Positions 16,391 to 29,360 of a DNA stretch of 64,000 nt are shown here, in pieces. The notes under the pieces were generated by a model. It saw only the letters and a program-made list of their open reading frames with translations, did no database searches and had not been told where the DNA came from. The stretch is from the human T2T-CHM13v2.0 reference genome, Homo sapiens. The stretch's first letter is position 1. Each line of letters opens with the position of its first letter. The stretch is from NCBI RefSeq assembly GCF_009914755.1, contig NC_060938.1; one strand, written 5' to 3'. A program made the translations under genes and the position numbers.

Positions 16391-18702
16391 TGGTGTAGTT
16401 TGGCTCTGTGTCCCCACCTAAATCTCATCTTGAATTGTAATCCCCATAATCCCCACATGTCGAGGGAGGGACCATGTGGGAGGTTATTGGATCATGGGGG
16501 TGCTTTCCCCCATGCTATTCTCATGATAGTGAGTGAGTTCTCATGAGAGCTGATGGTTTTAAAGTGTGGCACTTCCTTGATCATGCTCACACTCTCTCCT
16601 GCCGTCTTGTGAAGAAGGTGCCTGCTTCCCCTCCTGCCATGCCTGTAAGTTACCTGAAGCCTCCCCAGCCATGTGGAACTGTGAGTCTATTAAACCTTCT
16701 TTGTTTATAAATTACACCGTCTTGGGCAGCATCTTTACAGCAGTGTGAGACTGGACTAATACAATAAATTGGTATTGCAGAGAGTGGGGTACTGCAATAA
16801 AATTACTTGAAAATATGGAGGTGACTTTGGAACTGGGTAATGGTTGGAGGCTGGAAAAATTTAGGGGGCTCAGAAAGAGGACAGGAAGATATGGGAAAGT
16901 TTGGGGCTTCCTAGAGACTTGTTGAATGGTTTTGACCAAAATGCTGATAGCGATATGAACAATGACGTCCAGGCTGAAGTGGTCTCAGATAGAGATGAGG
17001 AACTTATTGGGAACTGGAGTAAAGGTCACTCATGCTATGCTTTAGCAAAGAGACTGGTGACATTTTCCCCCTGCCCTAGAGATCTGTGGAACTTTGAACT
17101 TGAGGGAGATGATTTAGGGCATCTGGCAGAAAAAAAATTTCTAAGCAGCACAGCATTCAAGATGTGATTTGGATTATTCTGACAGCATTCAATTTTTTGT
17201 GCTCACAAAGAGGTGGTTTGTAATTGGAACTTATGTTTAAAAGGGAAGCAGAGCATAAAAGTTTGGAAAATTTGCAGCCTGACCATGTGGTAAAAAAGAA
17301 AAATCCATTTCCTGGGGAGAAGTTCAAGCCTGCTGCAGAAATTTGCATAAGTAACAAGGAGCCAAATGTTAACTGCCAAGACAATGGAGAGAATGTTTCC
17401 AGGGCATGTCAGAGGGCTTCATGGCAGCCCCTCCCATCACAGATCTGGGGGCCTAGAAGGAAAAATGGTTTTGTGAGCTGGGCCCAGGGCCTCTGTTCTG
17501 CATAGCCTCTGGAGATAGTGCCCTGCATCCTGGCTGCTTCAGCTCCAGTCATGGCTAAAAGGGGATAAGGTACAGCTCAGGCTCTTGATTCAGAGGGTGC
17601 GAGCCCCAAGTTGTGGCTTCCATGTGGTGTTGGTCATGCAGGTGCACAGAAGTCAAGAATTGAGGTTTGGGAACCTCCACCTAGGTTTTAGAGGCTGTAT
17701 GAAAATGCCTGGATGTCCAGGCAGAAGTCTGCTGCAGTGGCAGAGCCCTCATGGAGACCCTCTGCTAGGACCATGAGGATGGGGAAGGTGGGGTTGGAGC
17801 CCTCACACAGAGTCCCCACTGGGGCACAGCCTAATGGAGCTGTGAGAAGACGGCCACTGTCTTCCAGACCCCAGAATGGTAGATCCACCCACAGCTTGCA
17901 CAATGCACCTGGAAAAGCCACAGGCACTCAATGCTAGCCCGTGAAAGAGCTTCCCAAAGGTGTGGGAGCCCCCCAGTTTGCATCAGTATGACCTAGATGT
18001 GAGACATGGAGTCAAAGGAGATTATTTTGGAGCTTTAAGATTTAATGACTACTCTGCCAGATTTTGGACTTGCATGAGGCCTGAAGCCCCTTTGTTTTGA
18101 CCAATTTCTCCCTTTGGGAATGGGAGCATTTATCCAATGCCTGTATCCCCATGTGTCTTGGAAGTAAGTAACTTGCTTTTATTTTACAGGCTCCTAGGTA
18201 GAAGGGACTTGCTTTGTCTGCGATGAAACTTTGGACTTGGATTTTTGGGTTAATGCTGGAATGAATTAAGACTTTGGGGAACTGTTGGGAAGGCATGATT
18301 GATTTTAAAATGGGTAAAGACATGAGATTTGGGAAAAGAGGGGAGGTGGAATGATATGCTTTGGCTCTGTGTTCCCACTCAAATATCACCTCGAATTGTA
18401 ACCCCCATAATCACCATGTGTTGAGGGAGGAGCCAGGTGGGAGGTGATTGGATCATGGGGGCAGTTTCCCCCAGCTGTTCTCATGAGAGCTGATGGTTTT
18501 AAAGTGTGGCACTTCCTCAATCATGCGCACACTCTCTCCTGCCACCTTGAGAAGAAAGAGCCTGCTTCCCCTTCTGCTATGATTATAAGTTTCCTGAGGC
18601 CTCCAAGCTATGCAGAACTGTGAGTCAATTAAACCTCCTTTGTTTATAAATTACCCAGTTTTGGGTAGTATCTTTATAACAGTGTGGGAATGAAATAATT
18701 CA
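16391..18702 (+). mobile_element. Full-length MaLR provirus (THE1D/MSTA-type): LTR 16391-16763, internal 16764-18351, LTR 18352-18702
   Basis: Two homologous TG...CA LTRs, THE1-type internal region with broken ORF remnants (16901-17505), exact TSD CCAGA at 16386-16390 and 18703-18707. Confidence 0.92.
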
Positions 18703-19720
18703 CCAGATTAACCAAAATTATCACACTAATGACCTATTTGATTCTTCAGTTTCTATTACTTGATAATATATCTCCAGCCTTCAACAAAAAATTACGATGC
18801 ATGCCAAAAGGCAAGAAGTCTATAGAAAAAATAATAATCTGAAACTAACTTAGATATGGCACAGATACTAGAATTATCAGGCAGTGTATTTAAAATAACT
18901 ATGGCTAATATGTTAAGGGCTATAATGGAAAAAACTAGACAATATGCAAAAACAGGCACAATGTGAGCAGAGGGATAGAAACTACAAGCAAGTATCATAA
19001 GGGAAAAAATACAGTAACATAAATGAAGAATGCCCCTTGGGGACTCATGAATTGATTTGACACAGCTGAGGAAAACAAAATAGTGAAGTTGAAGATACGT
19101 CAATAGAAACTTCCTAAGCTATAAAGCAAAATTGATAAAAAAAATTGTGACTCAATATCAAAAGATATAACATACACATAATTGAAATACTAAAAGGAGA
19201 AGGAATAGAGAATAGAGCAGAAGTATTTGAAGTAAAAATTGCCAATAATCTTCCAAAATTAATGACAGACATCAACCTACAAATCCAGGAATCTTAGAGA
19301 ACCACCAAGCAGAATAAATTTCAAAAAACCCCTTCCAAACCTAGGTGTGTCATATCAAACTGCAAAAAGTCAAAATTTTGAAAAAAGCAAGATAAAAAAT
19401 ATTCACCTTTTCTGCAGAGCAATAAGGCAAAAAATTATAGCATAGTTCTCATCAGAAAACATGCCAGAAAGAAGAGAGTGCAGTTAAATATTTAAAATGT
19501 TGAAAGGAAGATAGCACCAACCTAGAATTCTATATTCAACAATATCATATTTCAAAAAGGGAAGAGAATAAAGACTTTCTCAGACAAACAAAAATTGAGG
19601 GAATTCATTACTAGGAGGACTGCCCTGTAAGAAATGTTTTAAAAACTTCAGGCAAAAACAAAAAATAAAAATTTAAAAAATAAAAAAAGATACAGGTGAA
19701 TAAATTGGATCTATATTAAA

Positions 19721-20301
19721 TATAGAGGAGGAAAAGTTTTTCCTATCTCCTCTTAGGTTCTGTAAATTGGGCCTGTGAATTAAAGTGACAAAAAACAGAT
19801 CAACAGGAGGAGAAAGCAACTTATTTACATGTGCAATGTGCATACACATGGTAGATCTCAATGATGAGTTACTCAAAATGGTGGTTAGAGTTTGGGGTTT
19901 ATACCATCTTAATAGGTGAAGGGTAGTAGGAGAAAAGCACTTATGGGAAAGCAAATGACTATTTAGAAAGATTATCAAATTTTCAGCAGAACAAAAAGGA
20001 GATAAAAAAATCTGTGATAATATTTGTCTATACAAGTTTAAGTGGTCTGTCTCCTTTAGGGCCATGAATCCAAATTGCTGGAGGTGGGTTTTGGTTTAGG
20101 TTCTCTTGTCTAGGAGTAAATCTGCCCTGAAGAAGAATTTAGGGCAGACGTATTTCCAAGAAGTTCCTCCTTTTGTTTAGATAACGGAAGCTCCAAGAAG
20201 GCTTTATTTTCTGCACCTGTTGAATCTCAAATGTCTTCAGCTTAAAATAATCGATATGCCAAAGTGGCATATTTTAGGGTGGCATATACTGATTTGCTTC
20301 A
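19721..20301 (-). mobile_element. MER34/MER39-family solo LTR (ERV1)
   Basis: Terminal cagcttaaaataatcgatatgccaaagtggcatattttagggtggcata is the reverse complement of the MER34-group 5' motif. Confidence 0.7.
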
Positions 20302-23300
20302 AAAATAAGGGTGTCAGAGCAAGAATAAATGAAGGCAATAAAACCTTTCATTTTTCTTATTCTTTATTAATCTAAAAGATAAAATTGTATAATAATAGTA
20401 ACAATGTGTTCATTGATTATAGCACACGGATAGGTAAAATGAAAGACAGTAATGTCACAAAGGATGGGAAAGTGGAATTAGAAATACTTTCTTACATGGT
20501 ACCTATACTACATGTGAAGCAGCATAGCGTTATTTGAAGGTTGCTTTAGGTTATTTAAAAAATACATTGTAAATTCTAGGGTAACCACGAAAAATTTTTA
20601 AAAAAATAAATGATATGTTAAGAGAGGGGATATAATGAAATTTTAGAAAATGGTTAAAACCAAATAAGGCAGTAAAAGAGGGAAAAATTAATCATAGAAC
20701 AAATGTAACAAATAGATAACAGTTACAAAGATGGTAGGTATTAATACAATTATATCAATAATCACTTCAAGTGTAGATGGATTAAATGCACCAATTGAAA
20801 TATTGAGATTCTCAGAGTGAATAAAAAGATAATGTCAACTATATGTTGTCTTTGAGAAATCCACATTGATCATAAAGATTCAGGTAAGTTAAAAGTAAAG
20901 AGATGGAGAAAAATATACCACTAATAACAATGATATATCATAGTTGCATAGAATAGCATTTATTTTTCCTCTGGCTTTTCATAAAATGGAAACTCACTTC
21001 TTACTCTCCTTCCTTGGTCTTTATCTTTCTATTTTGTAGAAATTCTGTGATCCTTCCCTGCCATTTTCTTCTAGTGTTTTTATTTTCACATATTATATCT
21101 TCTCACGCTGTGTATGACACTATAATATAGAGTAGTTATTAGATGGAGTCTAACAGTTTAGCCATAGATTTAGCAGTAATTAGTAAATGATTGTGTCAGT
21201 CAATACTGGGAAATTTAACAAATTATTCAGATGAGTTCAAGCAATTCTCTGGAGTTAACTTTCTCTTGCTCCAGATGAAAAACTACAACAAAAGAAAACA
21301 ACTGTTTGGAGAACGTGAGTACCTTCTAGGCTTTGCATTGAGTCTTATGATTGACACAGGCCAGGAAGAGTGTTTGTCAGTGAAGCTTCAGAAAATAGAC
21401 AGGCTAACTATCCCTTAAACATTATTGACAAGAATGAAGAGAAACAATGTAGTCTTCCAATGCAGTCTAAAGAAATTGGTGAAAATTAATTCCCAGTGAT
21501 CAGCAATGAATTAAATAAATTGCTTTTCTCACACTTATGGCTTGGAAAATAAAATTCAAATCCCTAAACTCTCAGTTGCCAAAATGAATAACAATAATTA
21601 TAGGAAGGCTGCTATATAATGGTCACTTTAATTACCATGTTTTTGCTTCTGTGATATAATTAGTTTTTTTCTTGAGAAATTTGAAGGAGATACTTTTCCA
21701 GCTGGTTTTAGGTCTTATATATTCTAATCGGTGTAATTATATCTTTCAAGCAATAATGTCCAGAACCCAAGGAAGTAAGGAGGATTAGACACTGAACATC
21801 TTGTATCACAAAGGAGAATCCAATGACAAGTTTGCTAAAGCCAGTTGTTCTAAAAGCCTTTTTCAGCTACTGAGCCAGTGGAGGAAAAAAGAATTGGCCA
21901 TGGTATAATTTGTGCCTTCCCATGTGAGTGCTACACTTTCTCAACTTTGGTCCAGGTTAAACTCTAACGTTGAATGCAGTAACACCCTAAGCAGTTATTG
22001 AACAGAAGGCTATGGAGTCCTCCACCACGATTACCCATCCTTCATTGGCAGATAGAGTTTATAGTTGGTCTTTGATATTGTTCTAAACTATATACATAAA
22101 GAGCCACAACTGTCTCAGTCAGATCATTGACAAGACCACAGACAGGTAATGAAGTGTCTTGCTGTAGCATAGCTCTAGACATAAAGGAACAGCTATGATC
22201 CACTTTATTAAGTAAGAAGTTGATTGAACAGTATTCCACCATGGAGCATCCTTTCTGATCACAAGCAATTAGAATGGGTTGCAAACCCTGGGAGATGGGA
22301 ATACTTGAATTTTATATTATGCACCATGACTGCAGTTGCTCTTTGGGAAATGCGTGTAGGGCCCCAAGGTAATGCCCCATGGTAGCAGTTTCTGGAGGCT
22401 AAGTAAGTATCACATAGAAAATTGTCTCTCGATATCTGCTTTAAATTTGATGCCTGTTAATTTGGAGCAGTCTCTAGTTCTGATGTGAGGGGATAGTGTA
22501 ATTAGAAGTAATTTATTGCTTGTTTCTAGATGTTTCTAGATGTACAGAAAGCATCTCCTTGTATAGAAAACAAAGCATAAAGCGAGCCGTTTATTGCTTT
22601 ATGGCTATGGCAGACTATAGCTTCCAGTTTTTAATGAGGACCTCTCCTGAAATGAGGGATAACAAGATGATAATGCTTCCCATTTGTACCATGCCTTAAT
22701 CTCAGCAGAACAAAGGCCTTCACTCAGATCTTCTCATTATCTTCATTGTGTACTAGCTTTATGGGGCAGGGAGGGTAATAGGTGCAACTTACTACTCATG
22801 CTTCTGTAGCAGAGATGGCTGGCCAACCCAGATCACTTGGAATTCAGCTCCCTAGGTTGCTCTTATGCCTTCTCTATTCTCAAGCCTTGGCCCCTTCTTT
22901 GCATTCATATCCCTTATATTTTCCCTTTTACAATGGAAAATGTGAAAAGCACAAAGCAAGAGACAGAAAGCATCTCTTTGTTGGTTTCTTTCTTATTTGA
23001 AAAGATAAAAATTCTCAGAATCTTCTAGGCTTTCTTTAGGCCAGAACTAGGTCTCACATCCATCTCTAGAACAGTCACTTTCAAAGGGCTGTAAAATTGC
23101 TAAGACTGATTTAAACCAGTTGTCATTCTTCTCCTGGGACTGAGTGGATTGCCTCTGGACAAAATTGGGGTTCTTATGGCCAGGAAAATTGAGAAAAACG
23201 GCTGATGACTGGGCACCCAAACTTGGTGACCATGGCTACTTAGTCACTATGGTTTGTTCAGAAAGTCTTGAAGCTTCCTTGCACTCTAGGATATCATGGC

Positions 23301-23349
23301 TTCCTGCTGGGGGTGCTGGGGCATCAAGGCCTTCAAGATACCCGATGGG

Positions 23350-23748
<399 letters not shown>

Positions 23749-24706
23749 TCAAAGAGCCCCTTCCACAATGTTGATTCTGATGATTTCAGTATGACAAAAG
23801 TATGCCCACAGTCACTGACCGTTGTTTTTATCTGTGAATAAATAGATATATTTTTTTTAACTGAAAAATCTGAAACTCCTTTTCTATGGAGATCAGGGCC
23901 AGGCCCTGGAGTTAGGGCTGGGAGCAGGCATCTGTGCCTCCCCAGCCCGGCATTCTCTGGCAGGAGTTTGTCACCTACCCAGATTTCATTTTAGGTGCAG
24001 TTGTGCCTTATGCTACTGGGATAATAAATATGAACAAACCAAAACTAAAGTTAAAGCTATGCTTTTTAAGAGATTGAACTTTAAGGATCACAAGCTAGAG
24101 AAATACCCCCAGAATATCCAGAATATTTGACTTGAAGAAACAAATCATAAGTTGTATGAATTTGAAAACAATCAAAAAGCTTGCACTAGACAAGCAGATT
24201 AGCGTGTAATTGAGACAGGCCACACCAGAAAAACCTGGGTCTGGAAACTGGTCAGGCTCATCAGGATGGGGTATTCCTATGATTCAGGCCGTGTTTTATA
24301 TAACGAGAGGAAAATTAGGCAGGGAAAATACAGTAGTCAGTGACTGTAGGCATACTTTTACCACACAGACACACAGAAATAATCAGAAGCAGCAAATGCC
24401 AATCAGTATGTTGTGAAGACACCCAAACGCAGATAGAAACCAAACACACAGAAAGCAATAAGTGGTTAATTGCTATCATAATTACCACCAATATGTTTGT
24501 TGATAACATGCATATGTGTATTTAGCCATTACTATCAGATAGTCCCTCACCCGAATCCCCCAGGCTCCTGCATCATAGATTCTACCAGTACCATGTACCC
24601 CTCTGTCACAGTCTTGTCACTGTGGGGGTGTGATGTTTGTGAGAATGTTTGACTGCTCTATTCCTCACTCTGTAGACTGTAGCTCCATGAGGGTAATGAC
24701 TGTGGT

Positions 24707-24710
<4 letters not shown>

Positions 24711-24738
<28 letters not shown>

Positions 24739-25021
24739 GAGGCAGAGTCTCTGTCTCTCAGGCTGGAGTGCAATATTGAGCGCGATATTGGCTCAATGCA
24801 ACCTCTGTCTCCTGGGTTCAAACGATTCTTGTGCCTCAGCCTCCTGAGTAGCTGGGATTACAGGTGTGCATCACCACACCTGGCTAATTATTTTGTATTT
24901 TTAGTAGAGACAGGGCTTTACCATGTTGCCCAGGCTGGTCTTGGGCTCCTGACCTCAGGTGATCTACCTGCCTCTTCCTCCCAACGTGCTGGGATTACAG
25001 TCATGACCCACTATGCCCAGC
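24711..25021 (-). mobile_element. AluS inserted in an L2 3'-end remnant
   Basis: Antisense Alu with T-tail; TSD tggttgc; flanks resemble L2 3' end (ctgtagctccatgagggta). Confidence 0.9.
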
Positions 25022-25617
25022 TGGTTGCTTTTGTTTATTACAGCATCTCCACATCTGTCGCAGGGCCTGGCTTATCAAAAATATATTTTAAATTAATAAA
25101 TGCATAATACATAAATGTACAGATACATTTTAGAGTTAGTCTTTGGTCGTTAGAGAGTGATGGTGAGAGAAGAAGAGAGTAGGGATAGAGCTGAAGCTGA
25201 AACTTTTATTATGAATTGGACACAAAGTCAGAATAGAACCAGGTTCAACAGAGATTTGAAGCTGATAACCTCAATACGAAGGAGTTCTCTGTCGTGAAGT
25301 GGAAGTCAGGAAACTTCTCTTTTATGGGTGAAAATGTGGAGTCAGAGAAGTTGTTTATGCCCTAATAATTATTTGACAGCTTGTCTTACCTTTCCTGCTT
25401 GATCAAAAGGTCATTGAAGGTGGATGCCTTGTCTGGTTGATACCAGCATTACCTTGTGTTTCTTGCACAGGTAGGCACGCAGGGATTGTTGAGTGAATTA
25501 ATGAATGAATTAATACAAATTTTCCAGGTTAAAAATTATCAAGACACATGAATGCAAAGTAGGGAAGTTCAGATGTACAACCATGCAATACGTAATATAT
25601 TGATGAGTATATGCTTT

Positions 25618-25708
25618 GATTCTGCAATGATTAACAATTCTGCAACAATTAACAGTTAAGTGACAGGAATTCTGCAACAATTAACAATTAACTGAAGTGA
25701 CAGAAATT
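25618..25708. repeat. Imperfect local tandem duplication (aattctgcaacaattaaca...agtgacag)
   Basis: Two near-complete copies plus a partial copy, visible directly. Confidence 0.8.
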
Positions 25709-27455
25709 TCTCCCTTAAGTTAATAAATTTTAGGCTCAGCTGCTTTCAATATCCAACTCCAATTTGACAGTTGCATTTTTGCCAAACATTCAATGACAAC
25801 CTCTAGATATGAGAGACATTTATATTTTATCATAAATGGAAAATTCCAAATTGCAAATGGCTTGCCCTGAATTTTTTATAATCTGTAAGTGATTTTTATC
25901 ATAGCTAAGTATTGTGAAATATTCTTCCTTTCACTGTATATGTCAAGTGCTCTCAGTGTGCAAGTATCAGAGATAGTAGACAATGAATCATACACAGCCT
26001 TTCCCTTCAGGAACACATCTTCTTTGGTGGATAGAGTTACATTTGAGTCCTAGCTATACGACCTTTTGTGAGTCACTTAACCTCTAACAGCCTCAGTTTT
26101 TGAACCTGTAATGTATTTGTTTTAAAAATTAAGAGGGGCCATATTTGCAGTCTCAGAGAAAGAAATCTGTTTAGGCAGGACTTGCCTACTATGCTGGGGC
26201 AAAGTTTAAACTACCTCCCTTCTCCGTCATCAAGATTCACTCTGATGGATTCTTTCACTCCATCTATCTTTGTTCATTCTGCTGCCAGACACAATTATTC
26301 CTTTTAAAGAGACCCAGGCTGTTCTTGTCTTGTTATTTCCTATCACACCAAAAGCAGTACAGGTATTTAGTTCTTAAAAGCAATGGATGGATGAATTTGG
26401 GATACGTTGTTTTCTGGAAGAAATTACATCACCCCTCTCATCCAGTATGAGAGAAAAGAGGAGTTAATTACGACTGAAGATTGGCACTTGGAGGTGTAGG
26501 ATTGAGCCAGAGTATTAAGATCACTTTTAGTGTCCATGTCCCTTTGAGCTTTTTAAACATTTTCTGCACACAGGAATGGGTCTTAGTTATTTTGGCAGTG
26601 TGCTCATTGTATACGCCTTTTATTTAAGCAAGGAAGGACAAAAAGATTTCACATGGTATGCTAATGCCTATTGTTTAATAGTTGCCCCTTGCAGCACTGG
26701 ATTGAGAAGAATTCTGAGAAGACAGCAGGCTCAGGAGGGTGAGTATCATGATTGACTGGCCACGTGTGCCCTGTATGCAGCATTGGGGAGTGGCAGCAGA
26801 TGTGCAAGATAGCTTATGTTTCCCAGTTAAGGAATGTGGTTAGCATGAAGCGACACTGACTACTCCCATGCTTCTTCCATTTTGGTAAGCTCTGGTCTAT
26901 TTCATTCTGGAAGACAAAGACTAGATTTCCATCTGGAACTGAAAGGCAATGTTAAGTCATGGCTATGACCTAGAAAAAAACCTACCAATCCTTATTGGCA
27001 TGCTGAGCACCTAAAACGCTGTAGGCCAATGATGGACACCAACCTCCTGAAGCTCTGGTAGCCCAATTTCTGTTGCTATGAATTAGGAGCAAAAAACGAA
27101 GGCAGAAGTGAGGTAGGGAAAGGCAGAGTGACAAATAGAGACCAAAGGTAAGGATACAAGCCAAGCAACTATAGCAAAGAGACCAAAAAATTGTTCTTTT
27201 AACATGATACAAGTTTATTTGTTCCATTTACATCACATTGATTAAAATTTAGGAATATGGCCACAAAGTTGTAAGGCATGCAAGAAAATGTAGCTTCTAG
27301 TGGGATGACTATCTGCTTAATTAAAATTCAAAATAATGGATTATGTTCTGCAATTAGTGATTACTACCACACCAAGAAAGTTTTGGATGCATAAGAGGAA
27401 AGAAAAAGAAAATAAAAACAACTCAGAAATGTTAGGTGCTACTGGTTTTCTATCC

Positions 27456-27851
27456 TGCTATGGTTTGAATGTCCTCTCCCAAACTCATGCTGAAATTTAA
27501 TTGCCATTGCAATGGTATTAAGAGCTGGGACCTTTAAGAGGAGGTTAGTTTATGAGAGCTCTGCTCTCATGAATGGATTAATGCTGTCATCTCAAGAGTA
27601 GATCAGTTATCCCAAAAGTAGATTCCTGATAAAACGATACAACTCAGCCTTCATCCTCTCTTTGTCTCATGTGCTCACTTGCCCTTCCACTTTCTGCCAT
27701 GAGATGATGCAGCACAAAGACCCTGGCTGTATATCCAAGCCATGTTCTTGAATTTCCCAGACTCTAGAACTGTGAGCCAGATAAACGTAATTGTTTACAA
27801 ATTACTCAGTCTTAGATATTCTGTTACAGGAGCAGAAAATCTCCTAAGATA
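27456..27851 (+). mobile_element. MST-family solo LTR (MaLR)
   Basis: tgctatggtttgaatgtcc...aaactcatgctgaaatttaattgcc...ctagaactgtgagcc...tattctgttac. Confidence 0.85.
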
Positions 27852-28241
27852 TCTGATATGCACTTTGTGCTTCTCCCTTGCTAATTCATCCCAAGTTTTT
27901 GGTGTGTAATGTACTGAAATAAAAATGATTCTCATCATCCTTTACAGCTGGCTGACCAAGTGATAGTTCTGAGCCAATGATATATGAAAAGGAGTTGCTA
28001 GCTACAAAGGTGCAAAGTGACATTCTCTTGACTTTAAAAAATTATTTTATTGTAGATATATTACCATTTTAATCATTTTTAAGTGTCATAACATTAATTA
28101 CACTCACCATGTTGTGTAACCATCACCACTATCTATTTCTACAACTTTTCCATCACCCCAAACAGAGACTTTGTACTCTAATTAAACAATGATTTCTCAT
28201 TCCACCCTCTCCCCAGCCCCTGGTAACCTATAATCTACTTT

Positions 28242-28424
28242 AAACTTAATTGCCATTGTAATGGTGTTAAGAGCTAGGACTTTTAGGAGGGGATTAAATT
28301 ATGAGAACTCTGCCCTCATGAATCGATTAATGCTGTTGTCTCAAGAGTAAGTTATTTATTTCAAAAGCGGGTTCCTGATAAAAGGATAAAATTCAACCCC
28401 CATCCTCTGTCTGTCTCATATGCT
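28242..28424 (+). repeat. Internal MST LTR fragment paralogous to 27493-27675
   Basis: Nearly colinear ~183-bp match, about 80-85% identical by eye, lacking both LTR termini. Confidence 0.85.
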
Positions 28425-29091
28425 AATGAAAAAATTAATTCGCCTATTAAGGATATTTTATATAAGCGAAATCATACAATATTAGTTTTCTTGTGTGTCT
28501 GGCTTATTTCATATCCCATAATGTTTTCAGTGTTCATCTGTGTTTGTAGCATGTATCACAGCTTCATTCATTTTTATGACTGAATAATATTTCATTGTAT
28601 GTGTATACCACATTTTGTTTTTTCTTTTTGTTGACAGTCACATAAGTTTTGTCTATTGTAAATAATGCTGCAGTAAACACTAGTGTTCAAGTATCTGATT
28701 CAGTCCTTGTTTTTAATTCTTTTAGGTATATGCCTAGGAGTAGAATTGCTGGGTTATATAGTAATCTTATGCTAAACTTTTGGAAAAATTCCAAACTATT
28801 TTTCCACAGTGGCTGCATCAGTTTGCTTTCCCATTAGATTGCTAATGGAAAATAAGTGCTAACACTTATTTTCTGTTTTTAAAAATTATTAGTATATGAA
28901 AAGGTATTGTAATAGGTATGGGTTGTATCTCATGGTTTTGATTTGCATTGTCCCAATGACTAATAATGTTGAGCATTTTTCATGTGCTTATTGGACATTT
29001 GTATGTCTTCTTTGGAGACGTGTCAATTCAATTCTTTTGCCCATTTTTAAGTTAGGTTGTTTACCTTTTTGTTGTTGAGGTGTAGGAATTC

Positions 29092-29360
29092 TTTTTTTTT
29101 TTTTTGAGACAGAGTCTTGCTCTGTCGCCCAGGCTAGAGTGCAGTGGCGTGATCTCGGCTCACTGCCAGCTCTGCCTCAGCCTCCCCAGTAGCTGGGACT
29201 ACAGGCGCCCACCACCACACCCGGCTAATTTTTTGTGTTTTTAGTAGAGACGGGGTTTCACCGTGCTAGCCAGGATGATCTTGATCTCCTGACCTCGTGA
29301 TCCGCCCGCCTCAGCCTCCCTAAGTGCTGGGATTATAGGCGTGAGCCACCGCGCCTGGCC
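29092..29360 (-). mobile_element. AluY-like with ~24-bp internal deletion
   Basis: ctacaggcgccc, ccgtgctagccaggatg, gacctcgtgatccg; TSD aggaattcttt. Confidence 0.9.

Larger units (their letters stand above)
15425..20925 (+). mobile_element. Ancient L1 (L1MD/MC-type) 5'UTR, ORF1 and start of ORF2, interrupted by a MaLR provirus and an ERV1 LTR
   Basis: 5' end acatgtaaagagcttagaagttgtcactc; ORF1-like A-rich sequence at 18800-19650; ORF2 start atcaataatcacttcaagtgtagatggattaaatgcaccaatt at ~20755. Confidence 0.7.

Noticed and set aside
16901-17937. ORFs in the MaLR internal region as a gene
   Set aside because: Fragmented remnants of the MaLR internal ORF in several frames
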